Position numbers and translations under genes: made by a program | DNA from: Candidatus Parcubacteria bacterium | GTDB taxonomy: Bacteria > Patescibacteriota > Patescibacteriia > Patescibacteriales > UBA12075 | DNA length: 46,318 bases | Reading direction: 5' to 3' | Assembly: GCA_023137275.1 (NCBI GenBank) | Contig: JAGLPO010000040.1 | Coordinates: 1 to 46,318 of the forward strand | The notes under the pieces: generated by a model | The model's database searches: none | Seen by the model: the letters and a program-made list of their open reading frames with translations, nothing else | What the model was told of the DNA's origin: nothing | In this document: positions 1-8,214 of the stretch, in pieces | How the letters are laid out: each line of letters opens with the position of its first letter | Numbering within the stretch: position 1 is the first letter of the stretch

Positions 1-81
1 TTACATTTATTATAACTTTTTCTAAGGTAAAATATTTAGCGCGTAAGGTGAGTAGATAATTAGTACTGTAATAATAAATGA

Positions 82-1659
82 ATGATAAATTTTTTAAATA
101 ATACAAAACCCAATAAAAAGATTTTTTTAAATATTATTTTGTTTGTAATCTGCGGAATATTATTGATATCTGTTACGAAAGGAATGGAGGGGAGCCCTAG
201 TGTTAATGAGTTTACTAGAAATGAATGGCGTGATGGAGGCCCTTTTGAATTATCTCCAGAAAGAGGCCGCTGGGGGTTGACGTACGCGTTTACGGAACTT
301 GGAACTTATAAATTTCCGATTGACTTAGGACGTTCAATTACTCCTGACCTGGCTATTAATAGTAAAAAAGAGTTTGTTTCACTTTTTGCGCCAGGTGTGT
401 CAGTACTGGCAATGCCTTTTTATTATATAGGAAAAATATTTGGGCATAGTCAATTTGGCACATTCTTAATGGTTGCTTTGTTTGCCCTGCTAAATGCTTA
501 CCTAATATACTTAATTGCCCAAAAATTAGGCTTGTCACACACAGCTTCCTGGCTTAGTATATTAACTTTTTTGTTTGCTACCACTGCTTTGCCATATGCA
601 ACATCATTATATCAACATCATATAACTACTTTTTTGATTCTCTTGTCTTTGTTCCTCTTAATTAGAAAAACAACTTACTTACATTTATTCGTGCTTTGGT
701 TTATGCTCGCTTTAAGTATTAGCATTGATAATCCAAATTTTTTCATACTTTTTCCAGTAGGAATTTGGACAATAATTAAGACATTCAATTTATTTTTTAA
801 TAATGAATTAAAAAAAGTTACTATAAATATAGATTTCAAAAAAATAATAGCTATTACAGGCGTCATTATTCCGATTGTATTATTTGGCATATACAATAAT
901 ATAGCTAATGGTTCTTACAAGCAATTGTCAGGAACTTTGCCTAGCGTAAAATGGATAACGGATGAAGGAAAAATTATTAATTATTTTAATGAAATACAAG
1001 AGGATACCACAGTGGAAGAAAAAAAAGCACTTTCATTTTTTGCTACCAGAAACATGATCAATGGCGTTTATACGCTAGTATTAAGTCCTGACAGAGGTTT
1101 TCTTTTGTATTCTCCAATAGTTGTATTTGGATTTTGGGGTTTGTTTTATGTTTATAGAAGGAATAAAGCAGTTGGAAATTATATTTTATCAATAGTGGGC
1201 GTTGTTTTTATATTATATTCAATGTGGGGCGATCCTTATGGTGGATGGGCATTTGGTCCAAGGTATCTTATTCCGGCGTTTGCCCTGCTTTCACTTGCAT
1301 CTGGTTTTTGGATTGATAAATATGGAAAAAAATCAATCTGGGTAATATTTTGGCTAATTATTTTTTTATATTCTTGCAGTGTGAATTCACTTGGGGCGCT
1401 AACCAGCAGTATGAATCCGCCAAGAACTGAAATTATAATATTAACCGAAGCTACCGGTAAAATCGAAGAATTTACGTATATAAGAAATTATAATTGGTTA
1501 AAGGAAAAAGGCGTAAAGTCATTTGTGTATAATAAAAATTTGAGTGAAAGAGTGTCTCCTTTCACGTATTGGATATTAGTGACGTCAATTATTTATATAA
1601 TTACTTTGTTCTTTAGCGCGCGCCTATTAATAAAAAAGAAAAATGATAAAGGAGTTTAG
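82..1659 (+). CDS. Polytopic membrane glycosyltransferase, GT-C fold (GT39/ArnT/PMT-like)
   Basis: 525-aa ORF with more than 10 hydrophobic helices. Charged first extracytoplasmic loop (EWRDGGPFELSPERGRW). Overlaps the next, similar ORF by 17 nt. Confidence 0.5.
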   Translation: MINFLNNTKPNKKIFLNIILFVICGILLISVTKGMEGSPSVNEFTRNEWRDGGPFELSPERGRWGLTYAFTELGTYKFPIDLGRSITPDLAINSKKEFVSLFAPGVSVLAMPFYYIGKIFGHSQFGTFLMVALFALLNAYLIYLIAQKLGLSHTASWLSILTFLFATTALPYATSLYQHHITTFLILLSLFLLIRKTTYLHLFVLWFMLALSISIDNPNFFILFPVGIWTIIKTFNLFFNNELKKVTINIDFKKIIAITGVIIPIVLFGIYNNIANGSYKQLSGTLPSVKWITDEGKIINYFNEIQEDTTVEEKKALSFFATRNMINGVYTLVLSPDRGFLLYSPIVVFGFWGLFYVYRRNKAVGNYILSIVGVVFILYSMWGDPYGGWAFGPRYLIPAFALLSLASGFWIDKYGKKSIWVIFWLIIFLYSCSVNSLGALTSSMNPPRTEIIILTEATGKIEEFTYIRNYNWLKEKGVKSFVYNKNLSERVSPFTYWILVTSIIYIITLFFSARLLIKKKNDKGV

Positions 1660-3235
1660 TTATAAAAAATTTCATAGTATTATAAAAAATGAAAAATACG
1701 TTGTGTATTTTATTCTATTTTTGTTATCGGCAATTTCTATAATATGTTTTATATATTATTATAAAAATGGCCTAGTCTGGACCTATAATGACGCTAAATC
1801 ACATTTGAATATTGGCCGAAGGGTAGTCGACGGCTTACGGCCAGGCCTTGCTCAGCTTGGGAGTGTTTGGCTTCCATTGCTACATCTACTTATGACATTA
1901 ACAATCTGGAATGATTTTATGTGGTATAGTGGTTTGGCCGGAGCAATATGGTCAATGTTTTCTTTCGTCGGCACGGGGATGTTAATATATTTTTATTTAA
2001 AAGAATTAAATGTTGGCATGGGCGGTAGATTACTTGGGGTCTTATTGTTTGCCGCAAATCTAAATATAATATATTTACAGTCAACTGCTATGACTGAATC
2101 CGTCCTATTATTCCTGCTGACTGCCGGTGCTTATTATTTTTTATTATGGCTAAAAAGAGAAAAATTATACTATCTTATAGCGACTTCTTTTTTTATAATG
2201 CTATCAACTTTAGTTAGATATGACGGATGGTTTATGTTGGCGCTAGTCGGTTTTATTCTTGCGGTATATTCATGGTATAAATTTGGGTTTAAAAAGGCTG
2301 AAGGGTTAACAGTTTTATTTTTTACATTCGGTGGATTTGGTATATTGATTTGGTTTGCTTGGAATTATTTAATTTTTGGTGATCCGCTATATTTTATTTT
2401 TGGACCATACTCAGCCCATGCCCAGCAAGAAAGCTTTGCTTCTGCCGGTCTTTTGCAAACAAAGTATAATATTTGGCTCTCGCTCTACTCTTATTTTCTA
2501 GCCATGATATATAATGTGGGAATATTAACGCTGTTATTGGGAGTTTATAGCACTGTTAGTTTTTGGATAAAAAAGAACGATCCTAGGTATAAAATTGCGA
2601 TTTTAGTTTTATTCTCTCCTTTCTTTTTTAATGTGATCGCTCTTTTTTTAGGACATTCAATTTTGTTTATACCAGAATACATAAATGATACCTGGTTTAA
2701 TGTCCGTTACGGTGTTATGGTCTTGCCGGCAATTGTAATAATGGTGGCGTGTTTGGTTGATAGATTAAAAAAAGCTCAAATTGTAATAGTATTATTAATA
2801 ATTTTTGTAATAATTATTTCCTTGCTAAGCAATGATTCGGTGGTAATTGAAGACGGAAAAGTGGGAATTAGTCATAAGGATATCAGTCTAATAAGCCAAG
2901 CTTTACACGAGCAAGCTGTTAACGAGAAAGGTTATGTTTTAATTGCAGTAGCCGCAAATGATACAATTGCTTTTTCAGCACATTTGCCAATGGACCAGTA
3001 TATTCACGAAGGGACTGATAGGTATTTTATAGAAGCTTTGAATAACCCTACAAAATGGGCAAGATGGATTGTTATGGATGAATATAATGAATATGATCTA
3101 ATATGGAAAACTATGAATGAAAAACAAGAATTTAAAGATTGTTATTACAGGTATGGCAAGTATCCGCATGCTTCACTTTTTACCATAAAAGATGAATGTT
3201 TTAATAATTTAATTCTTGAGCCAATATATGAATAA
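1643..3235 (+). CDS. Polytopic membrane glycosyltransferase, GT-C fold (GT39/ArnT-like), second member of the pair
   Basis: 530-aa ORF with many TM helices. Early loop YNDAKSHLNIGRRVVDG is typical of GT39-like proteins. Soluble C-terminal domain. Confidence 0.5.
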   Translation: MIKEFSYKKFHSIIKNEKYVVYFILFLLSAISIICFIYYYKNGLVWTYNDAKSHLNIGRRVVDGLRPGLAQLGSVWLPLLHLLMTLTIWNDFMWYSGLAGAIWSMFSFVGTGMLIYFYLKELNVGMGGRLLGVLLFAANLNIIYLQSTAMTESVLLFLLTAGAYYFLLWLKREKLYYLIATSFFIMLSTLVRYDGWFMLALVGFILAVYSWYKFGFKKAEGLTVLFFTFGGFGILIWFAWNYLIFGDPLYFIFGPYSAHAQQESFASAGLLQTKYNIWLSLYSYFLAMIYNVGILTLLLGVYSTVSFWIKKNDPRYKIAILVLFSPFFFNVIALFLGHSILFIPEYINDTWFNVRYGVMVLPAIVIMVACLVDRLKKAQIVIVLLIIFVIIISLLSNDSVVIEDGKVGISHKDISLISQALHEQAVNEKGYVLIAVAANDTIAFSAHLPMDQYIHEGTDRYFIEALNNPTKWARWIVMDEYNEYDLIWKTMNEKQEFKDCYYRYGKYPHASLFTIKDECFNNLILEPIYE

Positions 3236-3252
3236 TATGATGCGGCGCAGTG

Positions 3253-3329
3253 GACGGCAGACGACAGACGGCAGACGATAGACAGCAGACAGCAGACAGC
3301 AGACGACAGACAATAGATAACAGAATATA
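3253..3329. repeat. Degenerate heptanucleotide tandem repeat, 11 units, consensus GAC(A/G)NCA
   Basis: Units read directly: GACGGCA GACGACA GACGGCA GACGATA GACAGCA x3 GACGACA GACAATA GATAACA GAATATA. Almost no T on the + strand. Lies between the stop at 3235 and the ATG at 3334. Confidence 0.9.
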
Positions 3330-3333
3330 TATT

Positions 3334-4608
3334 ATGGTTAAATATTTTTATAAAATTTTAGTTATTTCCTGTATTTGTTTGCTGATTTTTATAGTCGCGA
3401 TGTTTTTGTATTTGTTTTATGTCTCAGAAAATGATTTTGAGTTGAAAGAGCTGGTTGGAGAAACGAGGTTCTGGGAAGCGCAGAGTATTGACACTATGAA
3501 GTATTCGCGGGATCTGGCTCGGGAAAAGCAGGGGAACCAGGCTTTTTTAACGGTTATTGATAAGCAGGTTGGAAATATCGCGCAAACAGGGGCTACCCAT
3601 GTGGCAATCTGCACGCCTTATGACAAGGAGTTTACGTTGTTTCTTAAAAACTGGGTAGCGGCTGCCAGAAAGCATGATCTAAATGTTTGGTTTAGGGGTA
3701 ATTTTTCCGGTTGGGAACAATGGTTTGAGTATCCGCAAATCAGTCCGGAAATACATATCAGAAAAACAGAAGATTTTATAATAACTAATCCTGATTTGTT
3801 TGCGGATGGTGATATTTTTTCTTCTTGTCCGGAATGTGAGAACGGGGGGCCGGGCGACCCGCGCGCCACCGGCGACACCAAAGGCTTTAGAGATTTTTTA
3901 ATTAAAGAGAATAATATTGCAGAAGAAGCGTTTAAGAAAATTAACAAGCAAGTCGCTACTAATTATTTCTCCATGAACGGGGATGTGGCCAGACTGATAA
4001 TGGACAAAGACACTACCAGAGAATTAGGCAACATTATAACAATAGACCATTATGTGGCTACAGCAAAGAAGCTGGCCAGCGATATTAATGAAATCGCGCA
4101 AGCCGGCAACGGCAAAGTAGTGCTTGGCGAGATGGGCAGCCCGATCCCGGATATTCATGGCCATCAGACCGAAAGCGAGCAGGCTGAGTGGCTGAATGAG
4201 GCGCTGGAGAGATTGAGCAAAATTGATAATTTAGTCGGTATTAATTACTGGACCGGTGTTGGCGGCAGCACCAGGCTCTGGAATGATGATGGAAGCGCCA
4301 GGGAGGCGGCAGCCGTCCTGGCTAAGTATTTTCAGCCTAAGCAAATCCATGGCCGTGTTGTTGATGAACTGGGACGGCCAATAGAAAACGCAAGTATTTT
4401 ATTGGCTGACAAAATAATTATGAGTGACGCGCGCGGAGCTTTTTATACTCTTGCTGTTGTTGAAAAAAATGATAAAATAAAAGTGACCGTTCCCGGCTAT
4501 GATAATAAGACTATTAACTTTAATGATGATTTACTTAATATTAGCTTGAATAAAATAAATAAAGGCATAATTTATAGAGCATTATTGTATTTAAAATCAG
4601 CCCTTTAA
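3334..4608 (+). CDS. Membrane-anchored or secreted glycoside-hydrolase-like protein with a C-terminal carboxypeptidase-regulatory-like beta-sandwich
   Basis: ATG at 3334 is followed directly by a signal anchor (ILVISCICLLIFIVAMFLYLFYV). C-terminal HGRVVDELGRPIENASILL resembles the CarboxypepD_reg fold. The ORF track starts at GTG 3250 and reads through the heptamer repeat, which looks like a non-native extension. Confidence 0.55.
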   Translation: MVKYFYKILVISCICLLIFIVAMFLYLFYVSENDFELKELVGETRFWEAQSIDTMKYSRDLAREKQGNQAFLTVIDKQVGNIAQTGATHVAICTPYDKEFTLFLKNWVAAARKHDLNVWFRGNFSGWEQWFEYPQISPEIHIRKTEDFIITNPDLFADGDIFSSCPECENGGPGDPRATGDTKGFRDFLIKENNIAEEAFKKINKQVATNYFSMNGDVARLIMDKDTTRELGNIITIDHYVATAKKLASDINEIAQAGNGKVVLGEMGSPIPDIHGHQTESEQAEWLNEALERLSKIDNLVGINYWTGVGGSTRLWNDDGSAREAAAVLAKYFQPKQIHGRVVDELGRPIENASILLADKIIMSDARGAFYTLAVVEKNDKIKVTVPGYDNKTINFNDDLLNISLNKINKGIIYRALLYLKSAL

Positions 4609-4629
4609 TAAGGCATAGGAGGTTTGGCC

Positions 4630-4719
4630 ATGAATAAAAATACAGCTTTACTTATCGTGTTTGTTATATTCACTTTACTTATGTTAATAGGAAAAAAATA
4701 TTTTGGCATAACTAGCTAA
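4630..4719 (+). CDS. Small hydrophobic peptide (29 aa, MNKNTALLIVFVIFTLLMLIGKKYFGITS)
   Basis: Strong AGGAGG 6 nt upstream of the ATG. One TM helix. Followed by an intrinsic terminator. Below the ORF-track length cutoff. Confidence 0.4.
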   Translation: MNKNTALLIVFVIFTLLMLIGKKYFGITS

Positions 4720-4734
4720 TGCCAAAAATAAAAA

Positions 4735-4773
4735 GCCGTTTCGCCTGTATAAAAGCGAAACGGTATTTTTTTT
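4735..4773. terminator. Intrinsic terminator, probably bidirectional
   Basis: Stem GCCGTTTCGC / GCGAAACGG followed by T8, with an A-run on the left side. Sits between convergent genes. Confidence 0.75.
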
Positions 4774-4794
4774 GCGATAGCCGCATTATTTAGA

Positions 4795-5046
4795 TTATTT
4801 GGCGATTGGCCAAATAATAGCGAGCACCATAACTGCCAGTGGACCCAAGCTAATAACAAGTTTTCGGATTTTGCCAAAGCTTGTTATGGAATTTAAAAAT
4901 AGATAAGCAAAGAAAAAAGCAACGGCTGTCCAAATGGCGGAAATTATTTTAACTTCCGTTATTGGATGAAAAAACAAAATTATTAACGGAGCCATATAGC
5001 TCCATACAAAAGTAGTTGAAACCATGACAATTAGTTTTGTCTTCAT
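4795..5046 (-). CDS. Small integral membrane protein (3 TM), unknown function
   Basis: 83-aa ORF. It is the only convincing minus-strand gene. GGAGGAAAA lies upstream of the ATG on the minus strand. Confidence 0.5.
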   Translation of the reverse strand: MKTKLIVMVSTTFVWSYMAPLIILFFHPITEVKIISAIWTAVAFFFAYLFLNSITSFGKIRKLVISLGPLAVMVLAIIWPIAK

Positions 5047-5215
5047 TGTTTTTCCTCCTTTTCTCCTTTTAGTGGTTTATCTAGCATCATTTTAGAATTC
5101 CGCTAGATGAAAGTGCTGGATTTAATATAATGTTACCACAAATATTGATTTATGTCAAGTGTATTTGTCAATATGGCAAATCATTGTGTAAATCATTGGA
5201 AAAAATTGTTTAAAG

Positions 5216-5224
5216 TGGTATAAT
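5216..5224 (+). promoter_or_regulatory. Extended -10 promoter element (TGGTATAAT)
   Basis: TGn-TATAAT about 40 nt upstream of the subtilisin ATG. Confidence 0.5.
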
Positions 5225-5265
5225 GGTTTATAATAAATTAAAATTTATAAAATAACTAAAAATTT

Positions 5266-6582
5266 ATGAAAAAACTTTTATTTTTATTGATTTTGGCGGT
5301 TGTTTTGACGCTGGCTGCCGGGGCGGTGGTGGTTGCCTCGGAAAAGGCGCAAAAAGACGAAATCAGGGTTTTTAACAATCTTGAAAAAAATAAAAACGCA
5401 AATGGCCCTAAATTTGTTCAAGACGAGATAATCGTTAAATTTAAGAATGACAACAAGCCATTTAGGGTTTTGAAAGTTCCTTATGGCCAGGTAAAAGAAA
5501 AGGTTAAAGAATACAAAGATAAAAAAGAAGTAGAATTTGTTGAACCGAATTATATTGCTAAAAGCTATATAGCTCCTAATGATCCGTTATATCCTTATCA
5601 ATGGCATTTTGACAACATTAATATGGAAGCAGCCTGGGATTTGGCCAGCGGAACCGGAATAACTGTTGCTGTGATTGATACTGGAATTACTCAGGGTCCG
5701 GATTTAGCTAATACTTGTTTTGAGGGTGGTTATGATTTTGTAAATGGTGATGGCGACGCTAGTGATGACAATGCTCACGGTACGCATGTGGCCGGAACAA
5801 TTGCTCAGCGCACTAACAACGGTGTGGGCGTTGCCGGCGTTGCCTATAACGCTTGTTTAATGCCAATCAAGGTTTTAGATTCAGGCGGTTCCGGAACTTA
5901 TGCTGATATTATCGCCGGTATTTATTATGCCGCTGATAATGGCGCTCACGTTATAAATATGAGTTTAGGAGGATCTTATGATTCGTATCTCATGGAGGAA
6001 GCTGTTGATTATGCTTATAATAAAGACGTTGTGATAGTGGCAGCTGCAGGAAATGACTACAGACAAAAGATTGGATATCCGGCCAGCTATAAGAATGTAA
6101 TAGCTGTAGGAGCAACCAGGTTTGATGATACTAAGGCAGCTTATTCCAATTATGGCAGGGATTTAGACATTGTAGCTCCTGGCGGAGATATGAACGTTGA
6201 TCAAAATGGAGATGGATATGGTGATGGAATTTTGCAAAACACTTTTGATCCAGACACAGGCGATTTTGGTTATTGGTTTTTTAATGGAACATCAATGGCA
6301 TCCCCTCATGTAGCTGGAGTAGCTGCTTTGATCCTTTCTCTTGATCCAAATTTAAGACCAATAGAGGTTCGCTCTATTTTAGAATCAAGTGCCTTAGACT
6401 TGGGAGCAACTGGCTGGGATAGGTATTATGGACACGGCCTTCTTGATGCTGAAGAGGCTTTGAATATGGTTAATAGCTCTCCAGATCCAGATCCAGAACC
6501 AGAACCAGAGTCTTATTGCGGTGATGGAGTATGCAATCGGCCAGAGGAAAGGAAAAAAACTTGCCCCGAAGACTGCGCGTAA
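5266..6582 (+). CDS. Secreted subtilisin-like serine protease (peptidase S8) with an acidic PD/PE linker and Cys-rich C-terminal tail
   Basis: Signal peptide. Catalytic motifs VAVIDTG (Asp), HGTHVAGTIA (His) and GTSMASPHVAG (Ser). Tail YCGDGVCNRPEERKKTCPEDC. Confidence 0.9.
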   Translation: MKKLLFLLILAVVLTLAAGAVVVASEKAQKDEIRVFNNLEKNKNANGPKFVQDEIIVKFKNDNKPFRVLKVPYGQVKEKVKEYKDKKEVEFVEPNYIAKSYIAPNDPLYPYQWHFDNINMEAAWDLASGTGITVAVIDTGITQGPDLANTCFEGGYDFVNGDGDASDDNAHGTHVAGTIAQRTNNGVGVAGVAYNACLMPIKVLDSGGSGTYADIIAGIYYAADNGAHVINMSLGGSYDSYLMEEAVDYAYNKDVVIVAAAGNDYRQKIGYPASYKNVIAVGATRFDDTKAAYSNYGRDLDIVAPGGDMNVDQNGDGYGDGILQNTFDPDTGDFGYWFFNGTSMASPHVAGVAALILSLDPNLRPIEVRSILESSALDLGATGWDRYYGHGLLDAEEALNMVNSSPDPDPEPEPESYCGDGVCNRPEERKKTCPEDCA

Positions 6583-6610
6583 GTAATTAATACTTTTCAG
6601 CAATAAATAA

Positions 6611-6648
6611 AAAAAGCTCTAAGTCTTTAAATATCTTAGAGCTTTTTT
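6611..6648 (+). terminator. Intrinsic terminator
   Basis: AAAAAGCTCTAAG ... CTTAGAGCTTTTT stem followed by a T-run. Confidence 0.75.
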
Positions 6649-6731
6649 GTCAGGAGTAAAATTTGCAAAAATCAGAAACGAAATTTTGATCACCCGGTTT
6701 TTTTATTTTATTTCCGTATTTTTAATAAGAA

Positions 6732-6740
6732 TGTTATAAT
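6732..6740 (+). promoter_or_regulatory. Extended -10 promoter element (TGTTATAAT)
   Basis: TGn-TATAAT about 37 nt upstream of the ATG at 6777. Confidence 0.45.
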
Positions 6741-6776
6741 GAATTTAATATTTTATTTTATTTTTTTAAAAAAATT

Positions 6777-7763
6777 ATGCAAAAAAAATTTTTAGTTTTT
6801 TTGGTGTTGTTCGCGTTTGTCTTTACTTTAATTTTTAATTTGCAAAGCTCAAGCGCTTCCCCTGGTTTAGCGTTTAGAAAAGTTAAAAACGTTAAAATTC
6901 ATCCCAAACAGTTTTTACCCGGGGAATCCGCGGTTAAAGGCAGGCCAAATGACGGCCCTCCGGGACTGGACAAGCCGGATGACGGCGATAGCGCTGTTGT
7001 CCGTTATACAACAGGCTCTCTAGGCTCTCCGCTGGCAAATAACGCGAATAAATACGCGATTGTGGTCGGTATTTGCGATTATGCCGACACTTACGAGGGC
7101 GACCCATATTATTACGCGAAAGATATTTGCCTTTCTGACGGCGACGCGAAAAATATGAATGAGGCCTTGGTAAATATTTACGGATATGATGAGAAAAATA
7201 TTATTCTTTTGCGCGACAGCGATGCCACATCAACAGGCATAGTAAACGCTATAAATAAAATTAGCGGCTTGGAAAAAGCAGGGGATGAAGTAGTCTTTTT
7301 TTATAGCGGACATGGAGTAACCGGTGAAATTCAAGGAAGCGGCGAGGATGTGGATGAGGGTATTTTCGTACATGACAGATTGGTAATCTGGGATGATGAT
7401 TTGCGGGATTTGTTTTTTGAGTTTGACACTGATAGGATAATTTTTATTTTTGATACTTGCAAGGCCGGCGGAATGGATGACCTTGATATAGCGGGAAGCA
7501 ACCGCGTTTTAGCAATGGCAACAGACGAAACCGGGAATGCGGGCGTGTATTCAACCGGCGAGAACGGCGAGGGTTTATTCAGCCATTGGTTTGTTAAAAG
7601 CGGAATTCTTGACGGCCGGGCTGATTTTGTTGATCATGACAATGACCGCAAGGCCAAAGATGTAACAATTGAAGAAGCTTTTGATTACGCGAGCAAAAAG
7701 ACGCGTACCAGAAATCCTCAAATGATTGATAATTTTGCTAATGATCTGTGGCTTGGCTATTAA
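6777..7763 (+). CDS. Secreted caspase-like cysteine protease (peptidase C14 fold)
   Basis: Signal peptide. KYAIVVGICDY start of the caspase fold. His in FFYSGHGV and Cys in IFIFDTCKAGG, with the spacing of the C14 catalytic dyad. Confidence 0.6.
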   Translation: MQKKFLVFLVLFAFVFTLIFNLQSSSASPGLAFRKVKNVKIHPKQFLPGESAVKGRPNDGPPGLDKPDDGDSAVVRYTTGSLGSPLANNANKYAIVVGICDYADTYEGDPYYYAKDICLSDGDAKNMNEALVNIYGYDEKNIILLRDSDATSTGIVNAINKISGLEKAGDEVVFFYSGHGVTGEIQGSGEDVDEGIFVHDRLVIWDDDLRDLFFEFDTDRIIFIFDTCKAGGMDDLDIAGSNRVLAMATDETGNAGVYSTGENGEGLFSHWFVKSGILDGRADFVDHDNDRKAKDVTIEEAFDYASKKTRTRNPQMIDNFANDLWLGY

Positions 7764-7793
7764 TTGTTTTAATTTTAGTTTTATTTGTCGGCC

Positions 7794-7827
7794 AAAAAGT
7801 GTACACCCAGGTGTACACTTTTTGTTT
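7794..7827 (+). terminator. Intrinsic terminator
   Basis: AAAAAGTGTACAC-CCAG-GTGTACACTTTTT perfect 13-bp stem plus T-run. Confidence 0.8.
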
Positions 7828-7867
7828 TGCTTTTACCCGCCTGCCACGGTATGGCATTTCGGGCAGG

Positions 7868-8035
7868 TAATTTCTTTATACTTTCTTTATAAAGATTTTA
7901 TGTTTTCTTTATGATTTCTTTATAAAAATGGGGATAGTTAGTGGATAATTTTTTTTAATTTTTTTAAAATAATTTTTTAATAAATAAGATTTTTATGATT
8001 TGCCAGAATATGCCATAATTTTGCTTTAAATTAGC
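7868..8035 (+). repeat. Direct repeat copy 1 (~165 bp) carrying five 11-bp-phased TTCTTTAT boxes and a promoter-like distal part
   Basis: A 66-bp block (7883-7948) is identical to 9675-9740. Flanking similarity extends to TTTATGATTT...CATAATTTTGCTTTAAA. Boxes start at 7872, 7883, 7894, 7905 and 7916. Confidence 0.9.
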
Positions 8036-8214
8036 CGATATTTTACTACAAAATTTATTGTTAGTTGCTAGTATGTCTGTTACATTTAAGTATGGAATTG
8101 TGCTATAATAATTATAAGATTGAGCATAAGATTATTTGCCTAAAAATTATTTTTTTTGGAATATAATAAAAATATAACCCTTTTTAATATTACAAGGTTA
8201 TTTTTATAATTTGT

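Noticed and set aside
2020-2031. GGCGGTAGATTA resembling the RfaH ops element
   Set aside because: It lies inside a CDS, lacks the 3' TG of the ops consensus, and sits in no leader region. It is judged coincidental.
3250-3333. GTG 3250 start giving the N-terminal extension MDGRRQTADDRQQTADSRRQTIDNRIYI
   Set aside because: The extension is simply the translated heptamer repeat. ATG 3334 is followed immediately by a normal signal anchor. It is kept only as a possibility relevant to repeat-mediated frame switching.
6481-6510. Hexanucleotide in-frame repeats: CCAGAT/CCAGAA (PDPDPEPEPE, 6481-6510) and (GGACCG)x4 (PGPGPGPG, 23498-23524)
   Set aside because: They are simple linker-coding microsatellites. 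Length changes keep the frame, so they are at most linker-length variation and are not reported as separate findings.
7726-7914. 62-aa ORF spanning the caspase-gene terminator and the start of the direct repeat, and small antisense ORFs 45399..45599 and 45536..45742 near rpsB
   Set aside because: They cross terminator hairpins or overlap a highly conserved gene in antisense. They have no RBS and hydrophobic, low-complexity translations.
7941-7948. DnaA-box-like AGTGGATAA in both 165-bp repeats, as a possible oriC signal
   Set aside because: There is only one 8 of 9 box per repeat, no cluster, no adjacent dnaA/dnaN and no AT-rich unwinding element pattern. Other GTGGATAA occurrences lie inside CDSs.
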